A stretch of DNA of 64,000 nucleotides from Deltaproteobacteria bacterium (GCA_026388335.1 JAPLJZ010000245.1:3137-67136), one strand, 5' to 3'. Positions 49,550-60,293 are shown, counted from the stretch's first letter. The notes: generated by a model from the letters alone, not told the origin. A program made the numbers and translations.

Positions 49550-51248
49550 AATCCACCAGATTCAGATCATCTTTTTTAACAATATAATTTTCCAGAACAA
49601 GGACATCAAGATTGGTCCCCAGGAAACAGCGGATGGCATCTTCTGCTGAGCATACAATCGGCTCGCCCTTGATATTGAAGGACGTATTGAGGATGACCGG
49701 CACGGACGTCAATTTGTCGAACTCTTTGATGATCTCGTAAAGCATCGGGTTAACATCCCGAAGGACGGTCTGGACACGTCCCGTCTGATCCTCATGGACA
49801 ATCGACGGTATCACCTTCTTCTTGTCTGGCTTAACCTTATAGACGAGAAGCATGTAGGGAGAGGGATAGTCGTTTTCGAAATATTCCTTACAGCGCTCAG
49901 CATGTACAGACGGAGCAAAGGGCCGGAAAGGCTCCCTGAACTTTACCCGGTTATTGACAATGTCCTTCATATCCGGATAACGGGGATCCGCCAGGATGCT
50001 TCGATTTCCCAGTGCTCGCGGTCCGAATTCCATTCTCCCCTGGAAAAGGCCAATGACTTTCTTCTGGGTTAGCAATGAGGCAATATCGGCTGAGGCATTT
50101 GCGGATTTCTTTACCGGAAGTTTGTATTTTTCCAATGCGGCGGTGATTTCATCTTCAGAAGCGGCAGGACCGAGATAAGTATCAGAGGCCACATAACGGC
50201 GGGGTTTCCCCATTATGACGTTGTAGTAATAAAAGGCGCTTCCAATAGGCAGGCCGTTATCTCCACTGGCGGGCTGAATGAATATGTCCTTGAAATACCC
50301 CTGATCGAGAATCATTCCGTTGGTCACGCAATTGAGGGCCACCCCACCGGCAACACAGATGGCGGTCTGTTTCGTTTTTTTATGAAGGTGCTCCGTAATG
50401 TGCAGGATAGTTTCTTCCAGAACGCGCTGGGCTGCCGCCGTCACTGCACGATGTCGATCGTTGATTTCCTCCCCTGGTTGGCGTTTCGGACCGAAAATTC
50501 TATAGAATTTATCGCTTAGCCAAGCATCCCGTTTTAGGTGATACATAAAGTAACTAAGATCAAGATCGTAAGTCCCGTCACGTTTCAGAGTGACGATTTT
50601 TTTAAATTCCTTGTAATAGGCGTCGGGATCACCGTATGCGGATAATCCCATTGTTTTCCCTTCGTCCATCTCGGGAATGTAACCCAAAAAATACGTGATG
50701 CAGGCATACATGGTGCCCAGTGAGTGGGGAAAGTTGACGTGCTGTAGCCTCTTAACCTTATTGCCATATCCATCGGAGAGGCTGCACGATTCATATTCAC
50801 CGAGGCCGTCCACAGTCAGGATGGCAGCCCTATCAAAGGGGGAAACAAGATAAGTGCTACCAATATGGGCATCGTGATGTTTGATGAATGCGACAGGTAT
50901 ATCACAATTTATGGCTTTTCTAATATTACGTTTCAAGGGAATGAATTTTCTGAATTGCCTTCCGGCATATCTGAGTTCACCAAGTGCAAAGGGGAAATAC
51001 CTCAGTTGGTGATAAAGAAAACGGTGCGTAAGCCAAAGGTGCGGCTTATAAGCGTAAGTAAGGCAATCGATATCTTCCAAAGAAATACCACCCTGGTCCA
51101 GACAAAACTTTATGGATTGGTACGGAAAAACCCGTGTATGCTTCTCACGGTTGAGCCTCTCTTCTTCGACGGCAGCGACGAGTTGACCATCAATAAGGAG
51201 TGCGGCTGAGGTATCATGTCCAAATGCGTTGATCCCTAATATTTTCAT
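49518..51248 (-). CDS. Carbamoyltransferase (NodU/CmcH/TobZ family) #2
   Basis: HDTSAA, EEER, HHDAH, DGLGE, EGKTMGL, GGVALN, KFREPFRPFAP. Confidence 0.93.
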   Translation of the reverse strand: MKILGINAFGHDTSAALLIDGQLVAAVEEERLNREKHTRVFPYQSIKFCLDQGGISLEDIDCLTYAYKPHLWLTHRFLYHQLRYFPFALGELRYAGRQFRKFIPLKRNIRKAINCDIPVAFIKHHDAHIGSTYLVSPFDRAAILTVDGLGEYESCSLSDGYGNKVKRLQHVNFPHSLGTMYACITYFLGYIPEMDEGKTMGLSAYGDPDAYYKEFKKIVTLKRDGTYDLDLSYFMYHLKRDAWLSDKFYRIFGPKRQPGEEINDRHRAVTAAAQRVLEETILHITEHLHKKTKQTAICVAGGVALNCVTNGMILDQGYFKDIFIQPASGDNGLPIGSAFYYYNVIMGKPRRYVASDTYLGPAASEDEITAALEKYKLPVKKSANASADIASLLTQKKVIGLFQGRMEFGPRALGNRSILADPRYPDMKDIVNNRVKFREPFRPFAPSVHAERCKEYFENDYPSPYMLLVYKVKPDKKKVIPSIVHEDQTGRVQTVLRDVNPMLYEIIKEFDKLTSVPVILNTSFNIKGEPIVCSAEDAIRCFLGTNLDVLVLENYIVKKDDLNLVDYEPQENYRHH

Positions 51249-51309
51249 TTTGTTCTAAACCCCGGATGGATTCTTAATATTAAACTCGGTAATATGAGTG
51301 ATGCCTTTA

Positions 51310-53061
51310 CTAAATCTTCCACAATGTTTTTATCCATGAATACCACCAGAACCTTTCGGATCTCGCGTATTCATGGCACCATGCCGCTCTTGCCTCCTGG
51401 ATATCGCGGCCTTTCCACCAGTCCTCCACATGGTCCCATATCTGGTTGACTTTCAGCGCCGCCGTTTCTGCATCCGGCAGGATGACGCCGGCCTGCTCCA
51501 GGGCTTCAAAATAGGGACGTGCACCGTCGGCTATCGCCCAATCATTTTTGTTCCAGTAGCAAATTGTTGGGATGTTGGATGCGAGACTGATATGGAGCGT
51601 GGTCTGAGGGTTGTCCAGCACCAGCAACTTGCATTTTATCATCTCAGGGTGAGGCGCAGGCATGCCCTCAAGAAATTTCAATGTAGAAAAAAAACTGCGT
51701 AAATATGTCTTTTCTTCAAGGTAGATCGGATAATTCGAGGGCATCGTACGATAATAAGTTTTCGCGAAGATATCAGGAGATAACAGTTGTAAAAATTTTC
51801 TCTTTTCTTTTCTGTAAAGTAACAATCTTTTACCCTTGGGCAATATATCGAATCGAAGCTCGAAAGGGCTCAGTGATACGCCTACAAAAATCAGTTTGCC
51901 CGTTTTTCTGTATGAATTCCTTTTCTTTTCAAGTCTGGATAAAAAAGGGGAAGGCAAGGCATAAGCATTGACAGGGAAAGAACCGTGTTGCTGCCAACCC
52001 CAAGAGAAAAAATATTCATGGGCATAATCTATGTCAGGAATAATATTTGGTATTTTCGCTATTCCATATATTCCACCATGTTGGGTGCAAACTATTTTTT
52101 CACCCATCTCCTTTGCGTTTGCAAACAAAAATTTCGCTCTTTCGTTATACCAATTTACAGGCCCGATCAGCCGTAAACGATTTTTCACATATTTGTGTTT
52201 TTTCGCATGCAAGTAATGCGAATCAAAACCATCGCAGAACATTTTTGGAAGAACATTTTCTATTTGATTATCAATGACCTTCAAATAGAGAGCCGGGAAA
52301 TAACTGGCATAATTCTTCTTTTCCAATGATACCAATACCGCCGTTGGCGGTCTTTCATTTTTTTCTCTTATGGGTTTAAGTTCGAGATAAAGAGAAAAAA
52401 GGAGCTGCTGGATACGTGATAGTCCGTAAACATCCACACATCTTCTTGAATAAGAAAAGTTGGATATCTTGTGCTTCAAGTATTCAAAACTGGCAAGTGT
52501 TTCCCCCCCTGACGGCATCGAATGGCCGTTTGAATCATTAGTATACATGGGTATCATTAGCCAGTTTTTTGGATTTATCTCCTGAAGAAAAAGGGATAGA
52601 AGCCAGTGGTGAAAACGAATATCACGATAACCACGAGCTAAGAAATCCATAGTGTCTTCAAAATCCCAGGGATTTTTATTAATTAGGATATCCACTTCAA
52701 ATGCTTCTGATGGATGCTGTTCAATAAATTTTGTCAACTGCAGATACAGAAACCAAGACATGTTGATGAACAGGAGCATCCATGGTTTTATGAGAATTCC
52801 CCAAAATTCGACACTGAGATTTGTTGCATGATAGTTGTTCAGTTTCCGGGCAAACTGGGTGAGATAATGATCACAAGCAAGGTCTCTGATCATGGTATAG
52901 CCTTTCATCTGCTCGCCGATATCCTTGAATACGTCGACGAAATCCAGATCTTCCCAGCCCGGATAAAGGGATTCACGACCAATGAAAGAGCTTATAGAAA
53001 GGACCGCATCACGGTCCGGGGAGAAATCAGGAGGAACCTGATTAAAAATAAGTCTCCTCAT
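51310..53061 (-). CDS. LIC12162-family putative transferase
   Basis: FWGILIKPW, QHGGIYG, FSWGW, NIPTI.YW, VEDWW. Confidence 0.75.
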   Translation of the reverse strand: MRRLIFNQVPPDFSPDRDAVLSISSFIGRESLYPGWEDLDFVDVFKDIGEQMKGYTMIRDLACDHYLTQFARKLNNYHATNLSVEFWGILIKPWMLLFINMSWFLYLQLTKFIEQHPSEAFEVDILINKNPWDFEDTMDFLARGYRDIRFHHWLLSLFLQEINPKNWLMIPMYTNDSNGHSMPSGGETLASFEYLKHKISNFSYSRRCVDVYGLSRIQQLLFSLYLELKPIREKNERPPTAVLVSLEKKNYASYFPALYLKVIDNQIENVLPKMFCDGFDSHYLHAKKHKYVKNRLRLIGPVNWYNERAKFLFANAKEMGEKIVCTQHGGIYGIAKIPNIIPDIDYAHEYFFSWGWQQHGSFPVNAYALPSPFLSRLEKKRNSYRKTGKLIFVGVSLSPFELRFDILPKGKRLLLYRKEKRKFLQLLSPDIFAKTYYRTMPSNYPIYLEEKTYLRSFFSTLKFLEGMPAPHPEMIKCKLLVLDNPQTTLHISLASNIPTICYWNKNDWAIADGARPYFEALEQAGVILPDAETAALKVNQIWDHVEDWWKGRDIQEARAAWCHEYARSERFWWYSWIKTLWKI

Positions 53062-54887
53062 TGAAGTTTAAGATGACTTGAGCGAGGCTCTTTTTTTGTA
53101 ATAAGCTTCCCGTCAAGAAGCAGCGCATCAATATCAGTAATGTTGAAAACTCGGTAGGCATCAGTCGCAGTGCTAACGATGGGTTCGCCATGAAGGTTAA
53201 AGGAAGTATTGAGCACACCTCCAGCACCTGTTTTCTCGTGAAAGGCTTGGATAAGGCTGTGGTATTCTGGATTTGCATCCCTGGAAAGGATTTGCGGTCT
53301 TAGCGTTTTATCCGCAGGATGAAGTGCCGCAGCAAGCATTTCCTGTCCCGCTTCAGTCGATTCGAAACCAACAGTCATGAAAGGAGAAGGAATAGCCTTC
53401 GGGTTGATTAGATATTTTGAGGCATGTTCGCTCATGATCGTCGGTGCAAAGGGCATCCAAAAATCACGCTTTTTGATTTTATGATTAATGATTTCGACAA
53501 TTGAACGATTTCGTGGATCGGCAATAATGGAACGATTACCAAGGGACCTGGCTCCAAATTCCATGCGGCCACTACAACGGCCGATTACCCATCCATCTGA
53601 CAGAAGATCCGCCAGAAAGTCGTCATGCGCTTCATAAACAAAGTAGCCATTCCTGCGAGCCGCCAGCAATGCTCCATCGACATCTGCCTGTTTTAAGGCT
53701 GGTCCCAAATAAGCGTGATCCAAAGGTTTCATGTCCCGCCTGCCAAGCACTTCGTCCATATAGGCGTAACACACACCCATGGCCAGCGATTCATCACCAC
53801 CGGAAGGCGGCACAAACATATCATTCATATCGGCAAGATCTTTCAACATCATATTGACCTTGATATTCATGGCAATACCACCGGACAGGGCAAGTCTGCG
53901 GGAGCCGAACCTGTTCATTGCATTCAATGTATACTCCGTCATAATATCTTCGGTATATTTCTGCAGTCCTCCGGCAATCCCATCAAAACGAAACCCTTCC
54001 AATCGATCCTTGAACCAGAAATAATGGTCTTTCGGCCTTTCATAGAATTTGAAATCAATCCCGTCTACATACATATGCCGCTTGAAAACATTTAATGGGC
54101 CTGAATAAATCGGCTCCTTTGCATAGGGCGCAAGACCCATGACCTTGTATTCGTGAGAATTGGGCTCCATACCCAGTAGCAAAGTCATATAACGGTATAA
54201 TCTTCCCAAGGTAAAATCATTTGCAGAAACTGCATGGACACGCTTCAATCCCCCCTGATTTACGGGCAAGGATAGAGTGCCGCTCAAATCGTCACCAAAG
54301 GCATCCACAGACATGACAAGCACATCCTCCCCCCGTAGCGGGCCTGCCCAGTATGCATAAGCAGCATGACATATGTGATGATCCAAGTGCTTGATTCGTT
54401 TATCGGAAATACATAGATGATCGCAAATGATCTTGTGAACGAACTTAGTGTATTCACCCTGACTTTCTCCGCTATAATAGTCCTGGCTCGATGCTTTCAA
54501 AAAGGATCCCCAGGCTTCTGCTCCTGGATATTGTGAAACATCGATTTTATCCTTGAATAATTCATGTAAGCGGCAATCTCGATTTTCGTATAACTTGGGA
54601 TACCAGAATTCTCTCATTAGACGGATGTGATCAGGAACGTGCCAACTACTATGAGTTCGCAGGAGATGCGTTGATACATTCAATTTGCTTCCAGCAATTA
54701 GAATTACATCCAGTTCCTGCCCATCGACATGCCCTTCCTTCAGCACATATTCAATTGCGTTAAGAGGATAGGCTTCATCGTGCTTCACTCTGCTGAATCG
54801 TTCTTCACTGACACAGGCCACTATCCGGTCATCGATGAATAATGCTGCGGTTGCCAATTGGCCCAATGATAATCCCAATAGTTTCAT
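53058..54887 (-). CDS. Carbamoyltransferase (NodU/CmcH/TobZ family) #1
   Basis: SEERFSR.K, DHHICH, EYKVMGLA, EFGARSLGNRS, LNTSFNLHGEP. Confidence 0.92.
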   Translation of the reverse strand: MKLLGLSLGQLATAALFIDDRIVACVSEERFSRVKHDEAYPLNAIEYVLKEGHVDGQELDVILIAGSKLNVSTHLLRTHSSWHVPDHIRLMREFWYPKLYENRDCRLHELFKDKIDVSQYPGAEAWGSFLKASSQDYYSGESQGEYTKFVHKIICDHLCISDKRIKHLDHHICHAAYAYWAGPLRGEDVLVMSVDAFGDDLSGTLSLPVNQGGLKRVHAVSANDFTLGRLYRYMTLLLGMEPNSHEYKVMGLAPYAKEPIYSGPLNVFKRHMYVDGIDFKFYERPKDHYFWFKDRLEGFRFDGIAGGLQKYTEDIMTEYTLNAMNRFGSRRLALSGGIAMNIKVNMMLKDLADMNDMFVPPSGGDESLAMGVCYAYMDEVLGRRDMKPLDHAYLGPALKQADVDGALLAARRNGYFVYEAHDDFLADLLSDGWVIGRCSGRMEFGARSLGNRSIIADPRNRSIVEIINHKIKKRDFWMPFAPTIMSEHASKYLINPKAIPSPFMTVGFESTEAGQEMLAAALHPADKTLRPQILSRDANPEYHSLIQAFHEKTGAGGVLNTSFNLHGEPIVSTATDAYRVFNITDIDALLLDGKLITKKEPRSSHLKLQ

Positions 54888-54944
54888 AAGTATCCTTGAG
54901 ATATTGCTTTGATTTCATATTTAATTAAATGGCGCAAATTCGAT

Positions 54945-56021
54945 CTAATCATCAGGTCTCTCCCTGTACAGAAAACTCCATTCCAAAAGAGCATCCTTCT
55001 CTATTTTAATCAAAACCTTCTGTCCAATGACCTGCTCCATATATAACGGGCTGATACCCGTGCCTGGTCTCTTCCAAGTGAGATCATCCGGTTCTAAAAC
55101 TTTGTTTTGCGGGATTGACCTTCTAGCGACCAGACTACGCCGAGCATTTCTTCTGGCCGGTTCTTCGCTTTCAAGGGAGGAAACCGTGAATGATCCAAGC
55201 ATATTAAATACATCTTCCAGGTTCTTTCTAAATTTCTGAAGATCATCTTTGTCCATAGCATGATAATGATCATTGCCGGGCAGATTTTTATCCAGAGTGA
55301 AATGCTTTTCCAGTATAATGGCCCCGAGAAGAACTGCTATTTCTAATATCTTCATGTCTCCAGGCAGGGTATGATCAGAGTAACCGATGATCTTATCGGG
55401 GAATTTGTTCCTCAGATCAAGGATCATGCCGAGATTGGCATCTTTGTACGCCGTCGGATAGTTAAGAACACAATGAAGAAGTGCCAGAGGGGTGCCTGAC
55501 CGTTCGATCCATTCCACGGCTTCTTTAATCTCAGACAAATGGGATGCCCCCGTCGACAGGATAACGGGCTTACCAAACCCGCAGATATATTCGATGAATG
55601 GCTTGTTGGTGATATCGGATGATGAGATCTTGAAAACACTCACAAGATCATTTAAAAAACCGGCAGATTCCAGATCAAAGGGAGTACACATGAATTCAAT
55701 ACTGGCGGCATCACAGTGGGACTTCAATTCTTCAAACTCCTTTTTCCAAAAACGGTCATGTCTTTTGAACAGTTCATACTGACTCTCCGTCTTCTCTTTA
55801 GTGAGATCCCAGTATGCGGGAGAATTGATTGAGGCCAGGGTATCGGCCTTGTATGCCTGAAATTTAACGGCATCGGCACCTCCAGCGCAGGCTTCGTCAA
55901 TCAGGCGTTTAGCCATGTCCATGCTTCCTTCATGATTCACCCCTACTTCCGCAATTATATAGGGCTGCACCAGGCTGCTGCTAAGAGACCCGAATGTTTT
56001 AAAGAGATCAAGGATCTTCAT
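54945..56021 (-). CDS. neuB: NeuB/SpsE-family ulosonate synthase with SAF domain
   Basis: IAEVGVNHEG, VKFQ, GYSDHT, EKHFT, GNDH, RRSL...KRPGTGI. Confidence 0.9.
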   Translation of the reverse strand: MKILDLFKTFGSLSSSLVQPYIIAEVGVNHEGSMDMAKRLIDEACAGGADAVKFQAYKADTLASINSPAYWDLTKEKTESQYELFKRHDRFWKKEFEELKSHCDAASIEFMCTPFDLESAGFLNDLVSVFKISSSDITNKPFIEYICGFGKPVILSTGASHLSEIKEAVEWIERSGTPLALLHCVLNYPTAYKDANLGMILDLRNKFPDKIIGYSDHTLPGDMKILEIAVLLGAIILEKHFTLDKNLPGNDHYHAMDKDDLQKFRKNLEDVFNMLGSFTVSSLESEEPARRNARRSLVARRSIPQNKVLEPDDLTWKRPGTGISPLYMEQVIGQKVLIKIEKDALLEWSFLYRERPDD

Positions 56022-56698
56022 GGATTCTTTTTGAAGAGTTTAACAACTTCATGAGGAGCCGTTTCAATGGTGAAGTCCATAGTGGAGAGACGGCAGTAAT
56101 CATCAAAAGTGTCTATATCCAAGCGCAAATCGGGTTCAGAAATCTCCTCCGGCGGGTTGAAGGTTCTTATATCAAATCGCCCGTGGTTATCCACAATAAA
56201 TGAAAGGCAATGTTCCCGATGGCATTTTTCTATGGCAGTACGGTAAATATGATCGAGCAATTCATATGACACTATCTCTGCACCGAAACCATCAGGGTAG
56301 GTATTTCCTCTTGGCATATGGTTATAGGCATAATCACAGGGATGCTTATCGTAAAACTCGATCAGGCGATCTATCTCCTCTCCAGAAACCAGAGGGTTGT
56401 CCGCACAAATCCGCACCACGTGCGTTGCTCCATGAAAAGTAGCTGTCTTGTAGATCCGATCCAGTACGTCATCCTCACTTCCCCGATAGACGGCAGTTCC
56501 GAGGGAAAGAATATACTTTTCCAGAAGATCATTTTCTTTTGACTCAGGAATGGCTGCGACCACGAAATCTAACCTTCGTGATGACCTGACCCTCCTCACA
56601 ACCCACTCGATAATAGGGTGGCCGTGGAGGCAGAGCATCATTTTGTATGGAAGCCTCGACGAGCCGAGACGGGCCTGAATGATACCAACTATTTTCAA
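56018..56698 (-). CDS. spsF: SpsF-like cytidylyltransferase
   Basis: IQARLGSSRLPYK, RGSEDDVL, RICADNP, REH. Confidence 0.87.
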   Translation of the reverse strand: MKIVGIIQARLGSSRLPYKMMLCLHGHPIIEWVVRRVRSSRRLDFVVAAIPESKENDLLEKYILSLGTAVYRGSEDDVLDRIYKTATFHGATHVVRICADNPLVSGEEIDRLIEFYDKHPCDYAYNHMPRGNTYPDGFGAEIVSYELLDHIYRTAIEKCHREHCLSFIVDNHGRFDIRTFNPPEEISEPDLRLDIDTFDDYCRLSTMDFTIETAPHEVVKLFKKNP

Positions 56699-56757
56699 TA
56701 GATTCCTTTAAAAATGCTGCATATCTCAATGCGATCTTCAGAAGAATAAAACGAGTG

Positions 56758-58338
56758 TCATGACGAGAGACTATTTGGTAAAGGGTATATTTTATTTAGA
56801 TCTTCAAGATAGGATTCTTTCATTCCATCATCCACGTACCAGCCGTCATTAGCCCAAACGGTATAATCAAATATCCGCAGAAGTGCCTTCCTAAGCTGAA
56901 TTCCTATGTCATCAGACATTTCGGAACGCTTGATGAAAGGCTCATAACATTCCGGAAGTTTTACATATAGAACAAAAACATTGCGCATCGCGACTAATTC
57001 TTCATCACTGAATTCGCGAAACTTAAGAGCCGGCATATCACGCTGGTAAACAATCATGACGTTATCGTCAAGAGAGAAGAACCCGTTATCCATTGCGATT
57101 TGCCTCAATTCGGTTCCTTCGAAAGGATAGAAAAAGCCAACATTAGGATATTGCACCTCTGCCTTTCTCGTCAATTCGACTGTTTTCCAATATGTTTTCC
57201 TGGTCTCAAAGGGGATGCCAAGCATGATGAATGCCGAGGTCCTTATGCCTGCACTCTTGAGAAGAGAAAATGCTTTAATGACGTCCTTTTCGGTATTCAC
57301 ACGATTAAGGACCTTCTTGTTGAGATAAGGATCCCCTGTTTCAATTGCGACAGATGCGCTGACACAATTCATGTTTTTCAGCAATGCAACCTTTTCTTCC
57401 GTCACCGACTTCGGGTTTGTTTCGATAACAAAAGGAATATTCACTTTTTCCCTGTAAGCTTCACTTAGTTCACGCAGATTCTCAAGGGGTCTCATTAAGA
57501 AGTCTTCATCGTGAAATTTAATGAATTCCAAATGATATTTATTTTTTAAATGCAACAGTTCTTCAATGATTCGTTCTGTGCTGTATCGTCTCAGATAATA
57601 TCGGTTTTCGTATAAATCGTGATAAAAGTGATTGATACAGTATGTGCAGTGATAAGGACATCCCCAATTCAACATATGGTCGCCACTGATATATACCTTC
57701 CCGTCAAAGGGCTTGTAGAATTGCCTTTTGTCAAAAAGTTCCCAATCAACGTAGGGCAGATCATCCAAGAAGTTCTCTAAAGGACGAAGTTTATTCCTGA
57801 TGATTTTCCCATTCTGTTTAGCCCATATATTAGGAATAGTAAATAAGCTGGCATTTCCTGAAAGGGCATTCAGGAAATCTCTGAAAGCACCAAATCCCTC
57901 ACCCAGGCATACAAAATCTGCATGACATTGATCGAGAGCCTTCAGTGGCTGCAATGTCGGGAATTTGCCCCCCCAGATAATGGGAAGGCCAGGCCTGATT
58001 TCTTTAGCGATGCCCGAGATTTCTGTAGCTATCAAATATTCATCACTCAATACACTCATCGCTAAGCAGTCTGGTTGATAATCCTGTATCATGCTGACGA
58101 ATCTGGAGCGCAAGTCGATTCTCTTCTTTTCATGTCCATAGGGCACCATATCGACCTGTTTGAAAAGTTTGGCGCTTTCTCCGGAGCGGGTATTATCCGC
58201 GAAACCAAAATCGATCTCGGTCGTATCAAACAGAGCCGTATCCCATCCCATGCTTCGAGCTATCGCTGATAGCAGGGATATACCAACGGGTTTAAATCCG
58301 AAGCTGTCCTTATTCGGCCAAACAAAGAGAATCTTCAC
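56758..58338 (-). CDS. Cobalamin-binding radical SAM protein
   Basis: PVGISLLS, WGGKFPT, LGEG, GCPYHCTYC, PFEGT; GTG start overlaps the upstream TGA. Confidence 0.9.
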   Translation of the reverse strand: MKILFVWPNKDSFGFKPVGISLLSAIARSMGWDTALFDTTEIDFGFADNTRSGESAKLFKQVDMVPYGHEKKRIDLRSRFVSMIQDYQPDCLAMSVLSDEYLIATEISGIAKEIRPGLPIIWGGKFPTLQPLKALDQCHADFVCLGEGFGAFRDFLNALSGNASLFTIPNIWAKQNGKIIRNKLRPLENFLDDLPYVDWELFDKRQFYKPFDGKVYISGDHMLNWGCPYHCTYCINHFYHDLYENRYYLRRYSTERIIEELLHLKNKYHLEFIKFHDEDFLMRPLENLRELSEAYREKVNIPFVIETNPKSVTEEKVALLKNMNCVSASVAIETGDPYLNKKVLNRVNTEKDVIKAFSLLKSAGIRTSAFIMLGIPFETRKTYWKTVELTRKAEVQYPNVGFFYPFEGTELRQIAMDNGFFSLDDNVMIVYQRDMPALKFREFSDEELVAMRNVFVLYVKLPECYEPFIKRSEMSDDIGIQLRKALLRIFDYTVWANDGWYVDDGMKESYLEDLNKIYPLPNSLSS

Positions 58339-60068
58339 GAATCTACATAACCACAACGATATAAAGACGTTGTTACCGATAGTGGTTCCTTCTCAGCCTG
58401 TTTCTCTTGCCTGTCATTTATTGACAGGATATCCAATATTTTTCCGACGACTTCTTTTTTGCCTTGAGTCAGGTCGTACTTGTTCAAGGAATCCTTGATC
58501 CTCTTTCTTTTCGAAGAATCTGTAATCAAAGATAAAACCTCATTTTTTATGGATGCATCAGAAATGTCATCGTGCATACCTAGAAAACACATGCCTGCTT
58601 TTATGGCAAAGGTATGCATTTGTTCTCTAACGTTTGCGGCAATTACGATAGTAGGGACCTTCAGTGCCGCTAATTCATGAACGGTTCTTCCGGCAGAAGT
58701 AACGGCAAAATCAGACTCAATCATGTACTCGGAAATCTGTCGGGTTCCATCTTCGGACCAAGAGACTCTTCTTCTATCCCTTTCGCTTAATGCAAAGAGA
58801 AATTTTTTCAGAGAGTCTCTGTGAGCAAAACCTGGCCCATTGACGATACAGATCTTAAAATCGTAATCCAGCGACAACGGAAGAAGAATCTTTAGAATCC
58901 TCCATGTAAGATTATTATTGTCCGTTCCCCCAAATGTTATGAGGACATTATCCACTTTTCCCTTTAAATGCTTTGGAGATACCGTTAAAAATTCTGAGCG
59001 CAAGCAGAAGTATTCGTAACCGGACAGCATATTTGGAGAAACCGCATCTTCATAAAGGGCATTGATCACCAAGTCGGAATATGCGGACCCTTCCCCCTGG
59101 TCTTCGAAATTGATAGTTCTAATTCCTTCTTGTTTTAGAGAGAGAATGTAATCTTTTGAGGTATCCAGGATATCGTTAATCACAATATCCGGGGACAATC
59201 GAAGAACCACTTCTTCGAGGTATTCGTTCTGTTTTTGCATGATGACAGGGTACAAATGTTCTGAAATATAATTATAAGCCAACTGACTCTGATATGTGCA
59301 GAGAAACAGTACTTCATGGTCATGAAATTCTTGCGCGAGCATAAGAGCTCTATAAACATGACCCATTCCAATTTCTGAATAGCCAGCAACTACAAATAGT
59401 ATTAAACGGCGCTGGAGAAGCTTTTCAGCAACCCAAAAATCATTAAATGAATGTATTTCTACCGCTCGCGTTTCATGCAATATGAATGGTGTGGCTTTTT
59501 GTCCTATGTATCCACTCTCATCAATCGCTGAACGTTTCATGATAAAGAAAGCACCTGTTTCTTTGTGCATTACCCCCGCCATCATTGTATTTGGTATTTC
59601 GACAAAGCCAGGTTGATATGTTTTATCATACATCCATCCTCTTTGAGTTTCTCCTGATGCGCTAAATACAGAATCGTTTGAGCTATTTTCAAGCAATTGA
59701 GTTGCCTCAATCACGTCTCTCGTTTTGATCATAGGCGATGATGCACCCATCCAAATAACATAGTCAAATCTCTTGAAGATAATGGTTTCGGTTTTCAATA
59801 AAGTCTCTATTAAATGTTTACCACTAAATCTATTTGGAAATTGTTTAGCGTCTTTAATCATGACTGTTCTTAATGAAGCTCTCTTTGCAATAAGATCAAT
59901 CTCCTCATCGTCAGTAATGATGGCTATTGACTCATTACCTGTTAACTTCTTAGCCAATTCTATGGAGTAAAGAATAAGAGGCTTTCCATTTATATATCTC
60001 AAGTATTTTCTCTGGATGTTATAGCAATTCCCTTTGGCGGGGATGAAAATAAAAAAAGTGTATTTCAT
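58335..60068 (-). CDS. NeuA-like cytidylyltransferase fused to a PseG/SpsG-like domain
   Basis: N-term IPA....I.RK...GKPLI, ETGAF, EI; C-term IGMGHVYR, TFGGTD, TSAGRT.HE. Confidence 0.82.
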   Translation of the reverse strand: MKYTFFIFIPAKGNCYNIQRKYLRYINGKPLILYSIELAKKLTGNESIAIITDDEEIDLIAKRASLRTVMIKDAKQFPNRFSGKHLIETLLKTETIIFKRFDYVIWMGASSPMIKTRDVIEATQLLENSSNDSVFSASGETQRGWMYDKTYQPGFVEIPNTMMAGVMHKETGAFFIMKRSAIDESGYIGQKATPFILHETRAVEIHSFNDFWVAEKLLQRRLILFVVAGYSEIGMGHVYRALMLAQEFHDHEVLFLCTYQSQLAYNYISEHLYPVIMQKQNEYLEEVVLRLSPDIVINDILDTSKDYILSLKQEGIRTINFEDQGEGSAYSDLVINALYEDAVSPNMLSGYEYFCLRSEFLTVSPKHLKGKVDNVLITFGGTDNNNLTWRILKILLPLSLDYDFKICIVNGPGFAHRDSLKKFLFALSERDRRRVSWSEDGTRQISEYMIESDFAVTSAGRTVHELAALKVPTIVIAANVREQMHTFAIKAGMCFLGMHDDISDASIKNEVLSLITDSSKRKRIKDSLNKYDLTQGKKEVVGKILDILSINDRQEKQAEKEPLSVTTSLYRCGYVDS

Positions 60069-60293
60069 TATTATGGTTAATTGTTATTTCTGGTGTAATA
60101 TTTGGTCTTGAAAAAGCAAACCAATCATTACAATTTGTATCCATGCTATTACGTCAGTTTATAATCTTTTGATCCTTTTGAACAACAAAAAACAATGAGG
60201 TTTATCCGCAAAGGTCTCCTTTTACAAGTTGGTCGAACTCACCGCATTCTTCTTCATGTCCGGAATGATACTGCAGCGTTCTTTTTATTTGCT

